A stretch of 64,000 nt of DNA from an uncultured Planctomycetota bacterium. GTDB taxonomy: Bacteria > Planctomycetota > Planctomycetia > Isosphaerales > Isosphaeraceae. Positions within the stretch are counted from its first letter, which is position 1; every line of letters starts with the position of its first letter. The notes below the pieces were generated by a model. The model was not told the origin of the DNA, did no database searches, and saw only the letters and a program-made list of their open reading frames with translations. The stretch spans positions 1,920,001 through 1,984,000 of the forward strand of contig CAWGMQ010000004.1 in the NCBI GenBank assembly GCA_963823665.1, given 5' to 3'. The position numbers and the translations under genes are program-made. Below, piece after piece: positions 43,777 to 53,382 of the stretch.

Positions 43777-44872
43777 GCCGATCGGTCCTCCTCGAGAAGC
43801 CCGGCACCGGGATCTCGACGCGAGTCGGAGTCACGTCCCAGGATTTCCGCCGCCAGCGTCACGAGCGCGAAGGCGCAGCCGGCCGATGAGGCGAGCGGGC
43901 CCCAAGCTTCTTCCAGACTGATGACCGGTCCTCCCGGGCCGACCAAGCTGTACGCCAACCGCTTGGCAAGGAAACTACCCGAACCCGAGATGACCGCGGC
44001 GCCCGGCTGCCCGATCGTGGCCGCACAGGCACGGAGACCGGCCTCGCAAAGTCGCGCCGTCAAGCATTCATCGGCGGCCTGAGAGAACGCGATTGCATCC
44101 AGAGCAGAGAAGCTGTCGCGATCGGCACCGACCATCCGCGCCAGGCGGTCGCGCGCTGCCGCAACTGTCGCGGGACGGCCATCGGCCGTCGAGCTGTTCT
44201 CGGGCTCGGCCTCGATATCACCCAGTACGAGATAGATATCAAGCGTCGACGCAAAGATCTCGGCGGCCAGGCCGGTAGGAATTCCCCGCAGTGGCAGCTC
44301 GGTTGCGAGCGCGCAGATGGGTGTTCGCCGAACGCCCGCGTACACGAGCTCGCCGTTCTGAAAGCGTTCCGTATCCGTGCGCCCGCGCGCCGAACTTGCC
44401 CCGAGTCGATCGGAATCAAGTCCGCCGTTGTCGTGCCGATATCGATCAGGATCCCCCGCGCCGCAGGAACCAATCGGGCAGCGAGCGTCGCGAGCGCCAG
44501 CCAGTTCGCCGCTGCGGCCAGTTGCGGATTCTGGCGAATCTCGGGCACGGAATGAATTCCGCCATCGCATCCCCACACGACGATCGAGCGGCCCTGAAGA
44601 CCCTCGACGGCCGCGTCAAGGACTGCCCCCACGCCGACCGCCTTCGTCGGGTAACAGTCGCAAAGCTCGGCGGTCATCGTCACAACCGCCTGATCCGCGT
44701 GGCGCAGTGCCGCCGCGGCCGCCCCGATTGCCTTCCCAAGCTCGTCAGGGCGCTTCCATACCTCGAACGGGATCGTGAGCGCCTGGCCGGAGCTATGTGC
44801 AGCCTTGATATTGGCACCGCCGATGTCCAATGCGATCAGAGGAGTATGATCTCGAACGACTGCATTGCTCAT
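43773..44872 (-). CDS. Hydantoinase/oxoprolinase-family protein (Orf9 / MfnF-like; frameshift ~44395)
   Basis: LDIGGANIK, VTMTAELCDCY, AAANW, IDIGTTTADLIP, ELVYAGVRRTP, TADGRP. Confidence 0.87.
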
Positions 44873-44884
44873 GGCTCGATCGAC

Positions 44885-45919
44885 TCACTCTTGATCGGCA
44901 AACTCGCCATCCGCATCGAATACCACCGCCTCGCTGGACTGTACCAGGCCGTTTAGACTTCCGAGTAGCTCGTCGTCGCGATCCGTCGATCGAAATACCT
45001 CAAGCCAAGCCTGAGCCAGACGGCCCGCCGGCAGAAGCCGGCATAGCCCGACCACGGAGGTCGTCGGGCGCGGGTTGATTTCGAGAATCGTGGCCTGCCG
45101 GCGCTGCTCGTCCCAGATGAAATCGATTCCCACGAATCCTCCGAGACCTTCGATCGTACCAAGCGCGCGCCCGACTTGATGCACCGCCTCCGGACAGCGC
45201 GCCGGTATCTCACCTCCTCGGTATAGAAACCGCCCGTCGCGGATTTCCATTCGCTGTCTGCCGACGCCGACCGGCCACGCTCGGCCCTCCGGGCTCACCA
45301 GAAAGCTGGCGCTCATGGGCTCGCCCGGCACGAAGGGTTGTAAGAGAGCCTGTGGCATCCGCAGCGCGCGTTCCGGCACGTCGGCAGGACCGTCCAGAAA
45401 GAAAGTATCCACCGAACCGGCGCCATCCACCGGCTTCAGCACGGCCGGGTATCGCGTAAACTCAGGTAACCCATCACCTGGAATAACCGCGTGCGCGGGA
45501 GGCGTATCGATCCCCCTCGATCGAAGATGCGCACTCAGCCGAATCTTGTCGCCGGTGAGGTCGACAGCCCCGGCAGTCGAGCCGAGAATTCGTGCGCCAG
45601 CCCGCTCGAGATCGCGACTCAATCGCGCCAGCACCCCGCCAGTCTCAGGCGCGACCAGCACGATAAAATCAACCGCTGCTGCGCACACTAGAAGCTTGCG
45701 GTCGTGCTCATTCTCGGCAATCCTTGCGATGTCCCAGGGCCCAGGTTCCCCGGGCAACCGCGCGTCAAGCGTCATGACGACTTTGACATCACTGGATGGC
45801 AAGGCGGCAAAATCACGGGCGATTGCCCTGCGCATTGCGCTGCCCTCGCGTTCCCACGAGGCTGGCAGAGGCGCACCGGCCAGCCCTCCGCCGGTCACCC
45901 ACTCATGAACCAGAACCAC
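44885..45919 (-). CDS. ATP-grasp ligase (MfnD/Orf1-like)
   Basis: VHEWVTGGG...EGSAM, VAPETGG, KPVDGAGS, EINPRPTTS. Confidence 0.85.
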   Translation of the reverse strand: MVLVHEWVTGGGLAGAPLPASWEREGSAMRRAIARDFAALPSSDVKVVMTLDARLPGEPGPWDIARIAENEHDRKLLVCAAAVDFIVLVAPETGGVLARLSRDLERAGARILGSTAGAVDLTGDKIRLSAHLRSRGIDTPPAHAVIPGDGLPEFTRYPAVLKPVDGAGSVDTFFLDGPADVPERALRMPQALLQPFVPGEPMSASFLVSPEGRAWPVGVGRQRMEIRDGRFLYRGGEIPARCPEAVHQVGRALGTIEGLGGFVGIDFIWDEQRRQATILEINPRPTTSVVGLCRLLPAGRLAQAWLEVFRSTDRDDELLGSLNGLVQSSEAVVFDADGEFADQE

Positions 45920-45939
45920 GACTGCGAGCCCGAACCGCC

Positions 45940-46698
45940 ATGGCAAACCATTCCTTCGAAGTCATTCCCGTGCTCGACCTCAAGAACGGCCGCGCCGTCG
46001 CCGCCTTGGCCGGCAACCGTGATCATTATCAGCCGGTTCGAAGCATCTTGCACGCAACTTCCAATCCCCTGGACCTCGCCCGTGCCATCCGCGAAACCCT
46101 GGGGCTGCGCACGCTCTATCTCGCCGATCTCGATGCCATCGCCGGCAACGCCCCCGCTGTCGCGCTCTATGAGAATCTCATCTCGATCGGCTTCCACTTG
46201 ATGGTTGATGCCGGTCTGCGCAACCTGCGATCGGCCGCGTGGTTGCTCGATCTCGTTCCGAAAACCAGTACCATCGTGGCTGGCCTCGAGACGCTCGATG
46301 GCCCCCACGCTCTGGCCGAAACGCTGGCGAAAATCGGCGCGGACCGCACAATCTTGAGCCTCGATCTCGTGAACGGCCGCCCGCGCATTGCCACGCCCCG
46401 CGCCTGGAAGTCCCTAGAACCGATCGAGATTGCGCACCAGGCGATCGAGCAGGGTGCTCGCCGTCTGCTCTTGCTCGACCTCGCTCGCGTGGGCACAGGC
46501 CGCGGCTTGGGAACTTGCCGCCTGCTTTCGCAAATTCGGGTAGATCATCCCGAAGTCCAGGTCAGTGCCGGCGGCGGAATCGCGGAAATCGCCGACGTTC
46601 TCGAGCTAAGGCGCTCAGGCGCCTCCGCCGCGCTCGTTGCCTCGGCGTTGCACGACGGCCGGATCGGCTGGCGTGAGCTCGCCCTTCTGGTCGACTGA
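45940..46698 (+). CDS. HisA/HisF-like TIM barrel protein (Orf17-like)
   Basis: VIPVLDLKNGRAV, LYLADLDAI, LDLARVGTGRG, AGGGI, ASALHDG. Confidence 0.87.
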   Translation: MANHSFEVIPVLDLKNGRAVAALAGNRDHYQPVRSILHATSNPLDLARAIRETLGLRTLYLADLDAIAGNAPAVALYENLISIGFHLMVDAGLRNLRSAAWLLDLVPKTSTIVAGLETLDGPHALAETLAKIGADRTILSLDLVNGRPRIATPRAWKSLEPIEIAHQAIEQGARRLLLLDLARVGTGRGLGTCRLLSQIRVDHPEVQVSAGGGIAEIADVLELRRSGASAALVASALHDGRIGWRELALLVD

Positions 46699-46725
46699 CC
46701 GGCCGCCACCTCACCTGGGTGTCGC

Positions 46726-47223
46726 TCATCCATCCCGGCGCCATTCAACCGCCGCCGATTGACCGAAGCTCTCTTCGACGTCGACGCGCACAATCCGCGG
46801 TAGCTTCCAGCCACGATCACTCATGGCCTCTCGCAGCCGCCCGGCAATGTAATCGGCCAGCAGCTCCGCCGTCGTGTTGGCGACCGGCAAGAACACGCAT
46901 TCCTCGCGTGGGAAGCTCCAGAATCGGTCGCGATAGGTCACGCGCACATTCGGCCCGTCATCATGCAACTGGATCTGCTTGCTCCGCGAAGGCAGCAGCA
47001 TGCGATGATCCAGCTCGTCCGTGATGGCACGGGTCAAATCCTTGAGTGCAATGAAGTCGACCACGTAGTGATTCTGATCGAGGTCATCTTCCACCTCGAC
47101 TGCGACCCGGTAATTGTGACCGTGGATTCGCTCGCAATGATCGCCGTCGTAAGTAATGAAATGCCCCGAGCAGAAGACCAGGTAGTCTTTCGTGACGCGA
47201 ACGGTGAAGCAAGAGGACGACAT
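46726..47223 (-). CDS. 6-pyruvoyl-tetrahydropterin synthase / QueD family protein
   Basis: FCSGHFI, CERIHGHNY, VVDF, LDHRML, TTAELLA. Confidence 0.88.
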   Translation of the reverse strand: MSSSCFTVRVTKDYLVFCSGHFITYDGDHCERIHGHNYRVAVEVEDDLDQNHYVVDFIALKDLTRAITDELDHRMLLPSRSKQIQLHDDGPNVRVTYRDRFWSFPREECVFLPVANTTAELLADYIAGRLREAMSDRGWKLPRIVRVDVEESFGQSAAVEWRRDG

Positions 47224-47238
47224 GGCTGCACGAGCCTT

Positions 47239-49065
47239 TCAACGATCCGCGACGGGTATCGGACTGCCGTCATGCACAACCAGTTCCGCCGCTCCCACGA
47301 GATAGCAATGCCCCTGCGCCAGCTTGAGGTTCCACACCGTTTGTGCTGGTTCTGGGGAAATGGCCTCGACTCGCATCGGGCCGCTCGCAGATAGGATCTG
47401 ATCGCCGGCCTTCAGGTCGCCGGCCCGGATCCATCCGTGTCCAAGCTTGGCGAACGGATGACCTCCAGTGGTGACAATCGAATCGCCGCCCACCGTCAAC
47501 CGCAGTGTCATCGAGGCAGTCGATTGTTGCACTGCGAAAATCGTCTCCGCATGCCGGACCCCATCGGCATCAGGGCCGCTCATCACGCGATCACCGCAAT
47601 GGAGGCTCTCGATGGTTTGCACACCGGCCGGGGTCAGAACCGGCGTGCCGGCGGCGAGGCACTGGCCCGTCTTGGGCGGCGCGCCCTTCTCGTGATCCAG
47701 AACGATGCAATACCCCGGGTTGCTGATGGTATTGCCGTTCGCGACTCGCGCTGGGCCGGAAGCAGGCAAATAAGGGAGTGCGACCTGCATGTCGAACGTC
47801 ACTTTATCGCGGTCCTTCGGTGCGATGTACGTGTACCCGCGCTTCTCCATCCACCACTTGAGCCACGCCTCCCTGTCTTCTCCCAGATCCTTGCCGGAGA
47901 CTTGGCGCAGCGCCTCGGCCAGACGGGCATTTCTTTCGCGAATCGTCGCATTGACCGACTCGATGACATTTACGTCGTTCGCAAGTTGAGCCTGAGCACC
48001 CGCGGCGACCTTGCTGGCTTCCTGGAGCTCAAATTCTGCGTCGATCTGCGCTTGAAGCAGATTTCTCTCGAATTGTTGATAAGCCTGGCTGGGGTCATTG
48101 TATTTCGGCGGGTTCTTGGGCGCCCATGTCCAATCGTAGATGAACAACGGCACACCATTCGCTATGCCGATTTGCTTTGCACCAGGCTTGGGCGGCCAGG
48201 GAGGCGGGGAATCTGTCTTCAGCGGCAGCAGAATCTGGTCCGGCACAAGCTCGGACATCGTCGTAGCGAGCTGCGAGCTCGTCGGCGGCATGTAAAACCG
48301 CCGCATCTCGAATTCTTCTCCCTCGACGAGGAGCGTCCCCGGCATCCCCGGCCCGGCAACTTGCTTCACTTCATACTTGATCGGGTCGTGCAGCAGTCCG
48401 ATCCAGTTCATCAGGACGTCCATGTGATCGCGCCGAGCCAGGCTCGTGGTCGCCGCACGCCTGATGACCTCGTTCTTCCCCAGAATGGCCAGGCCTGCCA
48501 GCGCACGCGATGGCCGTTCGCCTTCGATATGACCGAGAATGTCGATCGCCATTTCCTGGTCTTCGGGCTTGCCTGTAGCAAACGCCTTCCAGATTGAAGG
48601 CACCGCCCGCGGATCCGTCACCGCCGCGAGCGCACGCTCAGACTCTGCCCGTTTCTCTTTTCGGGCCAGCCCGGTCTTCCAGCCTTGAATGAGCGGCCGC
48701 CAGTGCGCGTCGGCCTTCTTCTGCGCCTCCGCTTCAGCGCGCTCGGCAGCGATCTTGGCAGGCGTCGTCCACTTGCCGTTCTGCTTCAAATAACCCAGTT
48801 TTTTCCAGGCAGCCTCGCGATTGGGATCGAGCTGGCAGACAATCAGAAACTCCATCTCCGCTTGCTCTTTCAGCCCTTTCCGCTCGCACCACAAACCGAC
48901 CTTCCAGTGCCCGTCGGCGGTGTGGGGTCCCTTGGCCCGCATCGCGTTGTATTCGTCCAGCAAGGATCCATCCGCCCGCTTCTCGATTCCAGATCGAGAG
49001 GCCCTGGAATCATCCTGCGAAGCACCCGAGAGCAACAGCATCGCGACGATGAAGGTCGAAACCAC
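47239..49065 (-). CDS. Secreted HEAT-repeat protein with C-terminal Hint domain
   Basis: Signal peptide; Hint CLAAGTPV...TTGGHPF...VWNL...VVHD. Confidence 0.85.
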   Translation of the reverse strand: MVSTFIVAMLLLSGASQDDSRASRSGIEKRADGSLLDEYNAMRAKGPHTADGHWKVGLWCERKGLKEQAEMEFLIVCQLDPNREAAWKKLGYLKQNGKWTTPAKIAAERAEAEAQKKADAHWRPLIQGWKTGLARKEKRAESERALAAVTDPRAVPSIWKAFATGKPEDQEMAIDILGHIEGERPSRALAGLAILGKNEVIRRAATTSLARRDHMDVLMNWIGLLHDPIKYEVKQVAGPGMPGTLLVEGEEFEMRRFYMPPTSSQLATTMSELVPDQILLPLKTDSPPPWPPKPGAKQIGIANGVPLFIYDWTWAPKNPPKYNDPSQAYQQFERNLLQAQIDAEFELQEASKVAAGAQAQLANDVNVIESVNATIRERNARLAEALRQVSGKDLGEDREAWLKWWMEKRGYTYIAPKDRDKVTFDMQVALPYLPASGPARVANGNTISNPGYCIVLDHEKGAPPKTGQCLAAGTPVLTPAGVQTIESLHCGDRVMSGPDADGVRHAETIFAVQQSTASMTLRLTVGGDSIVTTGGHPFAKLGHGWIRAGDLKAGDQILSASGPMRVEAISPEPAQTVWNLKLAQGHCYLVGAAELVVHDGSPIPVADR

Positions 49066-49091
49066 GCTTCACCTCCGACTGACCTGGTCAG

Positions 49092-51180
49092 CTAACTCGC
49101 GCGATCAAACCCGCCAGGACTCCCTAGCGCGGATAGCGAACCCTCCGTGATGGCCGTGCTATCAAACGGAGCAACCACCGGACGGGCCACCCCTTCGTCG
49201 TGGGCCAGGATTCCGAATTCGCCCACGGCAATTCCCGGTCCCTCCCCCAGTTGAACGTGATAAACCGGCTCGATGCCCAGGTCCTCAACCTCGGTCAGTC
49301 GCCGTAGGCCACTGATGCAGCGGATCGATTCGCCCGGCTTTAGATCTTCCACCATCGCCCAGCCCTTGCCGGCCACCCACAAGCGTTCCATGGCGGTAGT
49401 TTCCACTGGCTTGCCGCCGATGGTCAGCTTCTTGATCGGTTGGCGCATGCCATGGCGAATCGCAAGCACCGGCTTGTAGCTCCACCCCCCGGTCTCTGAG
49501 TTGTTGGCGAGCACCAGGTCACCCGTCCGGAGCGATTCCAGCGGTTGAATACCCCTGAGCGTCCAGACCGGCGTCCCCGCGCGGAAGCCGGGAAGCATCG
49601 CTCGTTTGCTCACCATCTTGGGTGCAGGCGCAGCCTTCTTATCCGGCTCGCGCGGCCGTGGGACGGGGGTCGTGGAGGTCTCGATCAACTCGGTCCACCA
49701 TTTGATCCAGTCCTTCCGCTTTGGCCCATGCGTCTCAAGCAAGGCCGCCCGGAGTGCCTCGGTCGCACGGTCGTTCTTCCCGTTCACATCATCATTGTAA
49801 CGGTCGAGCGCCGCCACATCCTCGAGGAGCTGCTCCTTCGAAATCGCCGCCTTCTGCTGGGCCTGCATCATGAGCTGGCCAACGGGAATCGGCACCGTGA
49901 GCGGCATCATGTATGCTGACCCAAGCCCAAATGAACCTCCCATCATATTGGCCGCGGCCTGCTGGTTCTGGACCATCTTCTGACCGAGTGCAACACCCTG
50001 CGCCCCCAGAACCTTGCCCAGCACCTGCGGAGCGTTCGAGAGATCGGGCGATCCCATCAAGAGCGGATTGATTGCGGCAGCCGCGGGCTCGAGTGTGAAG
50101 CCCACAACCCGATTGGCCACGGGAAGGCCGTATGCGTCGAAACCGACCATGTCCGTCGGCTTCATGGTCGTCAGCGGCGGCGGCGCCTCGTAGAAGAACC
50201 GTCTGTTGGCTTTCTCGCCGTGCACGTAAAGCTCCCCCGGCTTCCCTGGCCCGAGCACTTCGCGTACTTCATACTCGATCGGGTCTCGAAACACGCTGAT
50301 CAGGGGCGCGACAAACTCGCGCGGATCACGCTTCAAAAGCGCATCAGCCGATCGACCGCGAATTTGGTCCGTCGCGCCCGATGATCGCCAGCGAGGCCAG
50401 CGCACGCGAGGCCGCCGGCGAATCGATCTGGGAAAGCAGACGAACCGCTCGTTCCTGATCCGCCGCCCCGCCCACGACGAAGACCTTCCAGATTGCCGGT
50501 ACCGCACGCGGGTCGCGCACTTGGCCCAGCGCCGCCTCCGCGTCCTCTCGCTTCGACTTGCGAGCAAGCCCCCCGTACCATTTCTCGAGCAGCGGGCGCC
50601 AGTGTGCGTCAGCCCTGCGCTGATGGTCGGCCTCGGCTTTCACGGCGGCCGCCAGGTCGGCTGTCGTCCACCGCCCCTTCGGCTTCTGATACCCCAGCTT
50701 CTTCCACGCCTCCTCCCGCGCGGGGTTCAGCCGAACCACCGCAGTGAAGTGCGCCCTGGCCTCGGCCTGTAAACCGTTCTCCTCACACCACTCGGCAAGT
50801 TGCCAGTGCGCCTGGGCCGTGTCAGGTATCTTCTCCCGGCGAGCACGATAAGTCGCCGTGCTCGTTTTCGCCTTGGCGTCCGTCAAATGCTCGTCAACCA
50901 CCGCCTGTGGCGCACGCCACTCACCGCCATCGGAGACCTGTCCCAGCAGCCCGTGAACAGCCGGATTGTCGGGCTCAAGCTCGAGCGCAATCGCCAGGTG
51001 CTTGTGCCGCTGCACCTGCATCCCATGCAGCTCGCACCACGATGCCAGCCGGATGTGCGCCTGACGTCGCCGGCCCGCTTTCGCTGCGGCAGCCTCATAA
51101 GCGCTCAGCTCCTCCGGTGTCGGGGAATCTCCCGGCACGACCATCAAGAGGCAGGAAGCAACCACAGCAAAGTACAACAT
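49092..51180 (-). CDS. Paralogous secreted HEAT-repeat protein with degenerate Hint domain (frameshift ~50378)
   Basis: Shares AHWRPL...DPRAVPxIWK and PIxYEV; Hint begins GFRAGTPV, block B reads TTAME, ends LAHD. Confidence 0.8.
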
Positions 51181-51384
51181 CAACCACCCTCCAATCGCAC
51201 CACGGCAGATCGAGGAAGGCTCATCGGAATGACCCTGCAGAACGTATCAAACAAGCCGCGCCACCAGATCGACCCTGGGCTGTCCAGCTCCAGGCCTCGT
51301 CAAGCTGGCGGTTCGTCTTCCGTGTCACCCTCAAGCTCAGATTGTACCCTTCCAATCCAATCGACGGCACCCTTTCCTTCACGC

Positions 51385-52288
51385 TCATTCGAAGTTTTGT
51401 GTGAATGGTGGACAAATTTTCCCGTCCCGGAGCGCCGCGTACAGCACTGCCGTGACCAGGTCGGCGGTTGTTCCCGGGTTGAATCCATTCTCGGGCGCCC
51501 GCAGCCACTGGTCAAATTCCTCGCTGACCCGCCTGGCGTCTGCTCGGCCGGGCCAGCCCGATTCGAGCACGCCGGCAGCCCGCAGAGACACGTCCCGCGC
51601 ACAGCTCGCGCCGTGCTTCCGCTGAATCAGCGAATCGGGGTGTCGCGCCAGAAGCTGTAGGTACAGTGTGATGATTGCAGTCTCAAGCGGCAGCCCGGCC
51701 TGCCGCGCCTCGATGAACGCTGGCAGCCCCTCTCGCAGCACTTCCCGAAACCCGTTCGCGTACTGAAGGGCGATCGTATCTCGAGAAGCAGCCAGAGCCA
51801 TCACACCCCGGAGTGACACCGTCGGCTCGCGATTGATGTCCTCTTCGGCCACTTCGCCCAGTCCGCCTGGCTGTGCGAGCCTGATCGCGCGATAAACGAG
51901 GCTCGCGTCCGCGACCGTCGTCCGGGCGAGCACCCTCTCCACGCCTTCGGCAAGGGTGATTCCCTCGGGAACCGCCGCCAAAGGCGCCAGCAAGAGCACG
52001 ATGCCCAGATTGGTGTTGGTGCTCACGACAGACGCGCGTCGCTCGAACACACTGGAGCACGGTGGCGCCGATTCCTTCGGAACCAGCTCGGTCAAGGGGC
52101 TCGGCAATCGCCGTGGCGCTCGCGAGGAAGTCAACGAAGTGCAGGCCGGGCAGGTCGGCAAACCGATGCACGTTCCCCGGCTTCCTGGCAGTCACCTCCA
52201 GTAGACAGGCAAGCTCGGCGAGCCGTCCGGCGCTCAATCGCTCTTTGGTCCCGGATCCGCGAGACGGCCCGGGGAGTTCTGGCGTCAT
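51385..52288 (-). CDS. CitG-family triphosphoribosyl-dephospho-CoA synthase-like protein (Orf7-like; frameshifted)
   Basis: LEVTARKPGNVHRFAD, NTNLGIVLLLAPL, PDSLIQRKHG, NPGTTADL. Confidence 0.87.
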
Positions 52289-52294
52289 GTTGGC

Positions 52295-53230
52295 CTATCG
52301 TCCCATGTCTTTGAGGGCGCTGAGAATCGCTGCAGCCACGTCGATCCCTGTCACACGCGCCAGGGCCCGCCAGCCCGGAACGGCGTTGACCTCGAGCACA
52401 ACCATGCGGTCGAGATCCAGATCCATGATCAGGTCGACACCGGCCATCTCCGCCCCGATCGCTCGGGCCGCAGCCAGTGCCAGCCCCTCCGACTCGCAAT
52501 CCAGCCGCCAGGGCTCTGCTCTTCCTCCCAGCGACACGTTGGTACGCCACTCCCCCGGTTGTGCATGCCGGCGCATCGCGCCGAGCACATTGCCGCGCAG
52601 AACGAACACCCGCACGTCGTGTCCCGGATGCCGGACGACGCGCTGGAGGTAAAGAACCGCATTGAGCCGTTCGAGCGCATGAAAAGTCCGCCAGGCGAGC
52701 TCGGTGTCGCTGACTCGCATGAGGCCGCGGCCTTCGGAACCAAACAGCGGCTTGACGACGACGTCGCCCCCGAGCTCCTTGAATGCTACCAGAGCATCGG
52801 TCGCGGTCTCGCCGGCCCAGGTCGCCGGCACGGCAATGCCCTTTTGTTCCAGCAGTGAGAGCGTCAGATACTTGTCGACCGCGGCCTCGACGGCCCGCGG
52901 GGGATTGAGGACCGGAACGCCGGCGGCCACGACTCGGTGGAGCGCGTCCATGCGGAAGACGACCTGTTCGAGACTGCCCGGCGGCATCATTCGGACGAGC
53001 ACGCCGTCAGCGGTCAGCAGGTCGATGCCCTCGACGACAACGCCCGAGTGACGATTCTCGCGACCCCCGCTGATGCCAGTGAACGTCTCCCAGCTTGGGT
53101 TCACGCCCACACCGACCTTCACCCGGGGAAACAATGCAGGACGGAGCGATACCCCCATGCGATCCGCAGCACGCCTGAGGTCCTCAACATGCCAGCCGAA
53201 TCCAGAAACCAGCGCACAAAATGATGTCAT
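52295..53230 (-). CDS. RimK-family alpha-L-glutamate ligase (Orf5/MptN-like)
   Basis: GSLEQVVFRMDALH, VVKPLFGSEGRG, WRTNVSLGG, LEVNAVPGW. Confidence 0.9.
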   Translation of the reverse strand: MTSFCALVSGFGWHVEDLRRAADRMGVSLRPALFPRVKVGVGVNPSWETFTGISGGRENRHSGVVVEGIDLLTADGVLVRMMPPGSLEQVVFRMDALHRVVAAGVPVLNPPRAVEAAVDKYLTLSLLEQKGIAVPATWAGETATDALVAFKELGGDVVVKPLFGSEGRGLMRVSDTELAWRTFHALERLNAVLYLQRVVRHPGHDVRVFVLRGNVLGAMRRHAQPGEWRTNVSLGGRAEPWRLDCESEGLALAAARAIGAEMAGVDLIMDLDLDRMVVLEVNAVPGWRALARVTGIDVAAAILSALKDMGR

Positions 53231-53382
53231 GATTTAGGACGCCGGTAGTCTGGCAAAAGATTGACGGTTATCGAGCAGCTTTATCGCGGCCGGCAAGCCT
53301 GGTTTCGGCCGGATAATTCACAAAGACGGTAAATCTGGACGATACCCCTGATAGGAAGAATCGGCATAAAGCGCAAAGGACG

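Noticed and set aside
47239..51180. True splicing inteins or polymorphic toxins
   Set aside because: No HN+C/S/T junction, no C-terminal toxin domain and no immunity gene.
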